NCBI RefSeq assembly: GCF_018977255.1
Contig: NW_024704743.1
Span: 7,876,001-7,940,000 of the forward strand
Length of the DNA: 64,000 nt
Reading direction: 5' to 3'
Source: Callorhinchus milii
Taxonomy: Eukaryota
Shown in pieces: positions 60,232 to 64,000 of this stretch. The notes beneath the pieces were generated by a model that did no database searches, was not told the DNA's origin, and saw only the letters and a program-made list of their open reading frames with translations. The position numbers were made by a program, and so were the translations under genes. Every line of letters starts with the position of its first letter. Position 1 is the first letter of the stretch.

Positions 60232-60860
60232 CCTGTCTCTCCCTCTTTGCTCAGCTGCATCATTTCCCGTATGAAACCCACCTACTCCCTTGACCCCATC
60301 CCCACCCCTCTCCTCACCTCCCAGCTCCACCTCCTTGTCCCCCTACTAACAGACCTTGTTAACCTCTCCTTATCCATTGGCACCGTACGCATCTCCCTAA
60401 AGACAGCCCCGAAACTCTAGAACACTCTCTCTCAAATTCCTCCGCCTTGCCCCCTCTCTTCCCTTTTACAAGTCCCACCTGAAAACCTTCCTCTTTGACC
60501 ATGCTTACGACCACCTCCCCCGCCCAGCTCGGAGTCAGGCTCCGCCACTGTTAAGTGCTCTAAGACGCTACCCTGGGTGGAGGGTGCTCTATAAGCATGA
60601 GTTATAGAGTCATCACCCCTACTCTCAAAAGACCCTTCGCTTGACCCATCTCTGCTCTCCAACTACCGCCCCATTTCAAACCTTTCTTTTCCATCAAAGG
60701 TGATGGAGCGAGTAGTCGCTTCCCAGCTTCACTCTTTCCTCTCCCAGCACTCCCTCCATGATCCCCTCCAATCTGGGTTTCATGCTGCCCACAGCACAGA
60801 GACAGCCCTGGCCAAAGTGACAAATGACATTCTGTCTCCTCGTCCTTCTTGGTCTCTCAG
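59280..60860 (+). mobile_element. Fragmented L2 LINE interrupted by SINEs and other inserts
   Basis: 59280-59548 (IILEAKDNPKLLFS..EEMMDFLKSK..HTFDP) resumes at 60230 ([27 protein letters not shown]). It resumes again at about 60610-60860 ([22 protein letters not shown]). Confidence 0.85.
59886..60229 (+). mobile_element. CORE-deleted SINE, youngest tail type, long (ATT)n
   Basis: Complete unit with tail gggacgtcctcccgacgtgaaaagcgct. Confidence 0.92.
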
Positions 60861-60959
60861 ATGGTTCTGTTGACCACAACAGAATATTGAGTACTTCTTT
60901 AATCACACCTTCGGTCACCTTTGCCCTCGCCCTTAGTTTCCACATCTCCACACGGCGCT

Positions 60960-61446
60960 ACTCCTGTAGCTCAGTGGTAAGAGCACTCGCTTTGCAATTG
61001 AGAGACCTGAGTTCAATTCCAGGCAGGGCGAAACCTTGGGCAAGTTTCCTTACTCCACACAGAGCCTAATAATAATCCCTCCAAAAACCAAAAACAACAA
61101 TAAAAATTGGTCATATTCAATCTATGACTGTTTGTGGGACATTGCTGTGCGCAATTGGCTGCCGCGTTCGCCCACAAATATACAGTCAATTCACTTTACA
61201 GTGTCTTCTGTGAAGCGCTTTGGGACGTCCTCCCGACGTGAAAAGCGCTATATCAAATGCAAGGATTATTATTATTATTATTATTACGACTGTTTGTGGG
61301 ACACTGCTGTGCGCAATTGGCTGCCGCGTTCGCCCACAAATATACAGTCAATTCACTTTCCAGTGTGTTCTGTGAAGCGCTTTGGGACGTCCTCCCGATG
61401 TGAAAAGCGCTATATCAAATGCAAGGATTATTATTATTATTATTAT
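60960..61446 (+). mobile_element. Young SINE (60960-61285) followed by a second 3' half (61286-61446)
   Basis: The 3' 160 nt occur twice in tandem with several substitutions. Confidence 0.9.
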
Positions 61447-61604
61447 CAATGCCTTTGGGATTTCCGCCTCACATGAAAGGCACTATATAAATATGAATTT
61501 GTATTGTATTTTTGTATTGTAATGACTGTGGGCGCAATAACCATTTGTCCCACACATGAAGTGAACTGCCAATTCTTTTAATTTGTTGGTCAAGACACTG
61601 CGAG

Positions 61605-62070
61605 AAATTCCCTTCTCTCCTCATCGGCCAACTCTTCTCTTCACTCTCCGTCCGAGGCTCTGGAACTCCCTTCCTCACTCCTTTCGCCTCGCTCCCTCTC
61701 TTCCTATTTTCAGGTCTCAGCTGAAGACCTTTCTTTTCGACCGTGCCTTTGGTCACCTTCCTCCCTCTGACTCGGCCCCAGGATCCGTTACTGTGAAGAG
61801 CTCTGAGACGCCGTCTGGTGCGGAGGGCGCTATATAAATCCAAGTTGTTGTTGTTATTGTTGTTGTTCCTCCCTTGCCTCCTTCAAGGCCGGTCTCAAGA
61901 CCCTCCTCTTCAATCGTGCCTTCAGTCGCCCTCCCACCTCCCTGCCTTCTTTCACCCCTACCCCACCCCTCTCCCATGCTCGGGTCCTGACCCCTGACTG
62001 TCCAGCGCCTTGGGATGTCCCCCCGACATGAAAGGCGCTCTATAAATGTAATTTTGTTGTTGTTGCTGTT
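61605..62070 (+). mobile_element. Two tandem L2 3' ends of different tail types
   Basis: [33 protein letters not shown] with a (GTT)n tail to about 61867, directly followed by a second 3' end finishing in (GTT)n near 62068. Confidence 0.82.
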
Positions 62071-62236
62071 CTCTTTTGAAATCATTCCACAGGACCTTCA
62101 GCATCCATCAGCACATGCAGACGGGACCTTGGTTCAACATCTCATCCAAAAGACAACACCTCCAACAGAGCAGCGCTCCCTCAGGTTACGTGAGTTCAAA
62201 GTCCCGATGTGGGGCTCAAACATACAACCTTTTCAC

Positions 62237-62945
62237 TCAACAACAACTTGCATTTATATAGTGCCCTTCACGCAGGGTAGAGTCTCAGAGCGCTTGACAG
62301 TGGGTGGACTCTGATCCCTAGTCAGGGGGAGATGGAGGGGGGAGGTGACCGTAAGCATCATCAAAAATGAAGGTCTTTAGGCGGGATTTGAAAGTGGGGA
62401 GGGAGCAAGGCGAAGGGATTGAGGGAGAGAGTTCCAGAGCTTTGGGGCATAGTGGCTGATTGTGGAGCGGAGGGGAAGAGAGTCGAACAGGAGGCCAGAG
62501 CCAGCCGAGCAGAGGCAGCGGGTGGTGGAGTGGGGGTGGGGTAAGCAAATAGGATCAGTAGGGAGGTGTGAGGGCATAAAGGGATTTGAAAGCAAGTGAG
62601 AGGATCTTGAAATCACTCCGTTCAGTAATTGGGAGCCAGTGCAGCCTGGCAAGGACTGGTGTCATGGGGGTACAGCGTTTTGCACGGGTGAGAATCTGAG
62701 CAGTGGAGTTCTAAATTAGTTGTATTTTGTGTATTGTGGAGCTGGGGAGACCAGCGAGGAGGGCATTGGAATAGTCCAGCCGGAAAGTGACGAAAGTGTG
62801 GACGAGGGTTTTCGGCTGCTTTTGTTGCGAGGTACGGACCGAGGCGGTCAATGTGACTGAGATGGAAAAAAGTGTTCCGGGTCAGGGAACGGATGTGGGG
62901 TAGAAAGGAAAGCTGGGGATCAAACCTGACGCCTAAGTTGAGAAT
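62237..62945 (-). mobile_element. Old L2 3' fragment
   Basis: [34 protein letters not shown] and a (GTT)n tail. Confidence 0.85.
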
Positions 62946-63606
62946 GGTACCACCTGAGCCAGGCTGATACCTAATTGATAGCAATGTTGTGAGGATGGAT
63001 CATGACAGGCAGATGTGAGACTCCAGGCTGCATCCTCTGGGAATATGAGGGCAGTCAGGTGTATTAAGCATTTAGTTATTTCCCTGGCAGACACAGTAAC
63101 ATATTTTTTTACACCGATTTCCTTCTGTGTGAACCTCTCCTCAAGGCTGAACTCTATGGAAGTGAAGGGGAACAATTGGCTTCGCTTTCTCTTCTTTCCT
63201 ATCCCAGCCATCTTGGGGTCTTCGAACCCCACACAATACAATCTATAACCAAGCACCTGCTGCAACCCATCCTTGCACTAACACACTGCGACAATTGATG
63301 CATGCATTTTAAATAACCCCCTTCTGTCCTAGCCAACAATTCCCTGAAAGAAATTGGTCATTCAATTTTGTGCCTGTTTTTGCTGTGCACATTTCAGTTG
63401 CCACGTTCACCTAAAGTTATCACTCAATTTCACTGTAAATCCTGTTAAGCGCTTTGAGAGGTCCTCCCTATGTGAACGTAGCTATGCCAAATGCAAGGAT
63501 TATTGATTTATTTAAGTTAGCTGCGGTGTTCACTTACAAAATACACAGTCACTACACTTTACAGTAAAGCTATTTGCGACATTCTCTTGACCTGAAAGGC
63601 ACTATA

Positions 63607-64000
63607 TGTGTCAGGTTGGCTCAGTCGGTAGCACTCTCGCCTCCGAGTCAGAAGGTTGTGGGTTCAAGCCCCGCATCGGGACTTGGAATTCATATAATTT
63701 AAGTTGAAACTCCAATGCAGTGGTGGGGGAGCTCTGCTTTGTCAGAGGTCCCATCCATCAGATGAGTTGTTAAAACCAAGTCTGCCTGTTCAGGTGGACT
63801 TTAAATATCCCATGGCACTATTTGAAAAGAGAAAGGACAGACTTGCTCAGCACAGTGTCCTGGCCAACAATCCCCCAAATAAAATTGCTAATTCACTTCA
63901 TGGGACATTGCCTTGTGCAAATGGTACTGCATTCGCCCACAAGATACATAGTTGTTCCACTTTACAGTAAATCCTGTGAAGCGCTTTGGGTCATTCTCCT
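63607..64000 (+). mobile_element. DeuSINE-like element (SacSINE1/AmnSINE-type body)
   Basis: tRNA-like head TGGCTCAGTCGGTAGCACTCTCGCCTCCGAGTCAGAAGGTTGTGGGTTCAAGCCC, then a Deu-like block ttaaaaccaag..ttcaggtggactttaaatatcccatggcactattt..gtgtcctggccaac. Other copies or fragments lie at about 5006-5495(+), 6630-6890(+), 7225-7490(-), 15985-16345(-), 30680-31110(+), 39780-40180(+), 44860-45070(+), 56395-56780(-) and 58600-58880(-). Confidence 0.8.

Noticed and set aside
61036..61476. Recurrent ORFs containing [12 protein letters not shown] (also 16678, 59965)
   Set aside because: These are translations of SINE bodies and (ATT)n tails.

Overview
Eukaryotic, repeat-dense vertebrate DNA. The repeat content (L2 and CR1 LINEs, tRNA-derived CORE-like and Deu-like SINEs, a shark-type Penelope-associated fragment) points to a cartilaginous fish, probably a holocephalan; the species is inferred, not proven. 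One host gene is well supported: ZNF438 on the minus strand, with coding exons 58994-58958, 52043-49880 and 25329-24354. The GT-AG sites are canonical and the phases match, giving about 1058 aa. Most other long ORFs are L2 ORF2 remnants or their antisense shadows. No prokaryotic-type system, CRISPR array, rRNA or true tRNA was found. The best leads are: (i) a Cys-rich C-terminal extension of ZNF438 whose stop codon lies inside a consensus splice donor; (ii) a modular CORE/Deu-tail SINE whose subfamilies lose half of CORE and then change the 3' stem-loop to the loop of the young L2; (iii) a C-terminal frameshift shared by two independent young L2 copies; (iv) head-to-tail retroelement chains and several old palindromic elements. 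Family names come from remembered consensus sequences and by-eye comparison; no search was run. Repeat boundaries are approximate.
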